A DNA stretch of 62,441 nt from an uncultured Collinsella sp. (GTDB lineage: Bacteria > Actinomycetota > Coriobacteriia > Coriobacteriales > Coriobacteriaceae): NCBI GenBank assembly GCA_965141565.1, contig CBCSNQ010000001.1:1-62441 (forward strand). Reading direction: 5' to 3'. Under the pieces are notes generated by a model. That model did not search any database, was not told the origin of the DNA, and worked only from the letters and a program-made list of their open reading frames with translations. Numbering within the stretch: position 1 is the first letter of the stretch; every line of letters begins with the position of its first letter. The translations under genes were made by a program, and so were the position numbers. Of the stretch, positions 59,402 through 62,441 are shown piece by piece.

Positions 59402-60982
59402 TTGAGCATCACGCCCCTCGATAGCATTCGCCGCGCCATCGCCCGCCGCAACGGCATCTCCAACCCCGCTGCATCGAAAGACGGCGCCGCGAAGGCCCAG
59501 GGCGGCCGCATCGAGAACGGCCTCTTCCCTGCCTCCCACACGGCCGAAGAGCTCGCACGCATCCAGGAGCTGAGTCAGCGCAACGCCGACGGGCCCGATA
59601 GCAGCCAGGCCACGCGCCGTCGCCGCGAGCGCGATCGCCAGCCCGGCCCCGTCCGCCGCATGGTCAACGCTTGGTGGAACCGCCTGCTCGGCGCCGTCTA
59701 CGGCGGCGGCTTCTCCATGCAGGAAGCGGAATACGAGGAGCACGCCACCAGTCGCGACTATCTTTGGAACACCCTCGGTACCGCCGTGTGGGGCTTGGCG
59801 TTTCCGCTGCTCACCATCGTGTCTACGCAGCTCGTGGGCGCCGAAGAAGCCGGCAAGTTCTCCATCGCCTTTGTCACCGGCACGCTCATCATGATCGCAT
59901 GCAACTACGGCGTGCGCAATTTCCAGGTCTCAGACATCGACGAAAAGACGTCCTTTGCCTCCTACCAGCTCAACCGCTGGCTTTGTGGAGCGCTCGCCCT
60001 AGGCTGCGGCTTCATGTACAGCAGCGCCCGCGGCTATGATGCGCAGATGGCGACGATCGGCCTGGGCGTCTACCTGTATAAGGTCATCGACGGCGTCGCC
60101 GACGTGTACGAAGGCCGCCTGCAGCAGGCCGACAAACTCTACTTGGCTGGAATGAGCCAAACGCTACGCTCCGTCGGCGTCATCGCGGTCTTTAGCGTGG
60201 CGCTGTTCCTCACGCGCAGCATGCCCATCGCGGCCATGGCCATGGGTGTCACCGCGATCGCCTCGCTCGTGCTGGTCACCGCGCCGCTCGCCCTGCTCGA
60301 GACCGAAAAATCGCGCCACGTGAGCCTGCGCGAGGTCGGCCACCTGTTTGTCCAGTGCGCCCCGCTCTTTGGTGCACTGTTCCTGTTCAACCTTATTGAG
60401 AGCATGCCCAAGTTTGTGATGGAAGGCACGCTGGCATACAAATATCAGCTGTACTTTAATGCCCTGTTCTTTCCGGCGCAGGCTATTTTGCTGAGCATTG
60501 GATTTATCTATAAACCGCAGCTCCTGCGCTTGTCGAGCATTTGGGCTAATCCTCGCAAGCGTCGTCGCTTTGACCTGATTATTGTTGCCGTTATGGCGCT
60601 GATCGTGGTCATCACCGGCGTGTGCGCCGTATTTATGGCAGGTCCCGGTATTCCCCTCATGAGCTTTATGTACGGCCTCAGCTTTGAGCGCTACCGTACG
60701 CTGGCGTTGCTGATGGTCGTCGCCGGCGGCGTCACCGCGGCCATCGACTTTATCTACGCCATCATCACGGTGCTGCGCCATGCCGGCGACGTCACCAAGA
60801 TCTACCTGATTTGCTTCGCCGTAAGCGTGGTGCTGCCGGTGATCCTGATTAAGCTGCTGGGTCTGATGGGCGCTGTGGTGAGCTACCTAGCCATCATGGT
60901 CCTACTCCTGGTGCTGCTGATAATCGAGTACGCCCACATCCGCCAACGCATCGAACGCGACCGCAACCCATACGGCGCCTAA
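59402..60982 (+). CDS. MOP-superfamily polysaccharide transporter/flippase-like membrane protein
   Basis: About 12 TM segments; WNTLGT, YGVRNFQVSD, MPKF; TTG start chosen from an AAAGGA RBS. Confidence 0.8.
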   Translation: MSITPLDSIRRAIARRNGISNPAASKDGAAKAQGGRIENGLFPASHTAEELARIQELSQRNADGPDSSQATRRRRERDRQPGPVRRMVNAWWNRLLGAVYGGGFSMQEAEYEEHATSRDYLWNTLGTAVWGLAFPLLTIVSTQLVGAEEAGKFSIAFVTGTLIMIACNYGVRNFQVSDIDEKTSFASYQLNRWLCGALALGCGFMYSSARGYDAQMATIGLGVYLYKVIDGVADVYEGRLQQADKLYLAGMSQTLRSVGVIAVFSVALFLTRSMPIAAMAMGVTAIASLVLVTAPLALLETEKSRHVSLREVGHLFVQCAPLFGALFLFNLIESMPKFVMEGTLAYKYQLYFNALFFPAQAILLSIGFIYKPQLLRLSSIWANPRKRRRFDLIIVAVMALIVVITGVCAVFMAGPGIPLMSFMYGLSFERYRTLALLMVVAGGVTAAIDFIYAIITVLRHAGDVTKIYLICFAVSVVLPVILIKLLGLMGAVVSYLAIMVLLLVLLIIEYAHIRQRIERDRNPYGA

Positions 60983-61061
60983 TTAGCTGCCCGGTCACCG
61001 GAATTTGCGATGGAATCACCCCGTCTGGGGTCTCGTTGCGGACAATATTCATCACGCAAAA

Positions 61062-61184
61062 CTAAGTGAGTAGACTTTTACCGAATCCCCGACCACACCA
61101 ACAGAGCACAAGTCTGTGACCTGCGGTTTTATTGAGGCAAATATGTTGGGTGCTCGGCATTTCCAAAAAAGTCTACTCACTTAG
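61062..61184. repeat. 123-bp element with perfect 18-bp inverted arms and an internal TGACCTGCGGTTTT motif
   Basis: ctaagtgagtagactttt / aaaagtctactcacttag. Confidence 0.85.
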
Positions 61185-61377
61185 CCAGCGGGCAGCCAAA
61201 AAAGAACCGCCGCGACGTCGTTTGACTCCGCTGCGACGGTTTTTCGAGCATTTTCGCGCTGTCGAGGACGCAGACGCTCCTCATTTCTAGCGCTTACCGA
61301 GCAAGAAGGCGCTACTCTCCGAAAGTAGTCAAAAAAGCCCCGTCCCAAATTAGCTACGGTAGATCGGCGGAACAAGG

Positions 61378-62217
61378 TTATTCGCCCGGGTTGATGTTCG
61401 CGTAGAACTCCGCCCCATCATCGAGCCGCAGGATGCCCACGCGACCGAACTCGGAGCCGGTGGCGGCGGCGCAGTCGATGTCGATGCGATCGGGCACACC
61501 GGCAGTGTCCTCGCCGCCCAAGCGCACGATCTGCCCTCGTCCCGATTCCTCATCGAGCCCCGCAAGACCACCGACCTCGCAATAACGCCCGAGCGACACC
61601 GTTGGCGTGTGGCCACTCACCACGACCGGACCCTTGCCCTCGGCAGAAAGCAGCCCCGTCGGGGCATCCCAATAGCCATGGCGAATCCAGAGCAAGTCAT
61701 CGGACGACTGTACGGCGAGCATTTGCTGCAGCAGCTCGCGATCGGCATCGACCGCTCCCCTGCCGTCGCCGCAATCGACACCATGCTCAAGCAAAAACGC
61801 ACGCGCCGCCTCGGTCTGAATGCCGGCGTGCACCAGCAGGTACGGCCGCTCGGCAGTCTCGACCACCGCGTAGAGCGGCAGCGCGGCCATCCATCGCACG
61901 AGCTCCTCGTATGCCTCAAATTCCATGTCGTTGAGCTGCTCGCGCGTCGTCCAGCCACCGTTGATATCCCAGGTCTCGGCATCGAGCGGATCCTGGCCAA
62001 TGATGGCATCGAGCATGATCTGCTCGTGATTACCCTTGAGCACGTGGGCGTTGGGCAGCGAACGCACGAGCTTAATAACGCCGACCGGATCGGGCCCGCG
62101 ATCGATCATGTCGCCCAGCACGTACAGCGTGTCGTCGGACGTCAACGAGATCTTAGACAGGGCCTCGTCAAGCGCACGCACGTGCCCGTGAGCATCAGAT
62201 GTCACATAGATCGCCAT
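61378..62217 (-). CDS. calcineurin-like metallophosphoesterase (PphA-like Ser/Thr phosphatase)
   Basis: SDAHG, LGDMIDRGP, KGNHE, VHAG, SGHTP. Confidence 0.92.
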   Translation of the reverse strand: MAIYVTSDAHGHVRALDEALSKISLTSDDTLYVLGDMIDRGPDPVGVIKLVRSLPNAHVLKGNHEQIMLDAIIGQDPLDAETWDINGGWTTREQLNDMEFEAYEELVRWMAALPLYAVVETAERPYLLVHAGIQTEAARAFLLEHGVDCGDGRGAVDADRELLQQMLAVQSSDDLLWIRHGYWDAPTGLLSAEGKGPVVVSGHTPTVSLGRYCEVGGLAGLDEESGRGQIVRLGGEDTAGVPDRIDIDCAAATGSEFGRVGILRLDDGAEFYANINPGE

Positions 62218-62441
62218 GGTACGCCTCTCCTTGCATTGCGGCCTAAGCCCGGCGCCGCAACTAAAACTTCAAGTTGAACTTAAACGTTACCCATTGTACT
62301 CCGTTGCAATAAAGCTGGAAAGGGTTTCCGTGCAGAGGCAAAGACGGCAGCCGTCTATGACGGTATCGCGCATGCCCGCAATCCAACCCCATAAACCCAC
62401 CATCTTTGGGTACAAATAACCGCAGACAACTGACCGTGCCA

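Noticed and set aside
62216..62441. 67-aa ORF at the right edge
   Set aside because: Overlaps the phosphatase start, with no RBS or motif; probably intergenic or promoter sequence.

Overview
A mostly high-GC chromosomal window from a Coriobacteriia gut bacterium, probably Collinsella (inferred from gene content and style, not from a search). 1-16.1 kb is a cell-wall/rhamnan polysaccharide locus: rmlB/rmlA, a low-GC block of glycosyltransferases, a Wzx flippase, a repeat-containing amidase/glucosaminidase, an acyltransferase and further GTs. 16-32 kb holds a degenerate AAA-ATPase/PD-(D/E)XK protein, an LPXTG-type muramidase-like protein, an orphan HEPN gene, an Rrf2 regulator divergent from sufCBDSU, a RAYT-like HUH protein lacking its catalytic Tyr, the NifU-like/GGGtGRT pair, a flavoprotein and two tRNAs with a tRNA-linked repeat. 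32-62 kb is largely housekeeping (rho, argS, carD-like, proA/proB, pncB, trpS, pckA, tRNA-Ala), plus a Firmicutes-type 6S RNA and a probable guanidine-IV riboswitch ahead of a stand-alone B3/4 editing protein. The most striking unexplained signals are intergenic. Six copies of a 41-bp arm-core-arm palindrome form three pairs, each bracketing exactly one gene. Related GGGAC-core palindromes with different arms occur elsewhere. A separate set of ~100-150-bp elements has copy-specific inverted arms and a shared CCGCAGGT motif. All calls come from reading the sequence by eye; no database searches were run.
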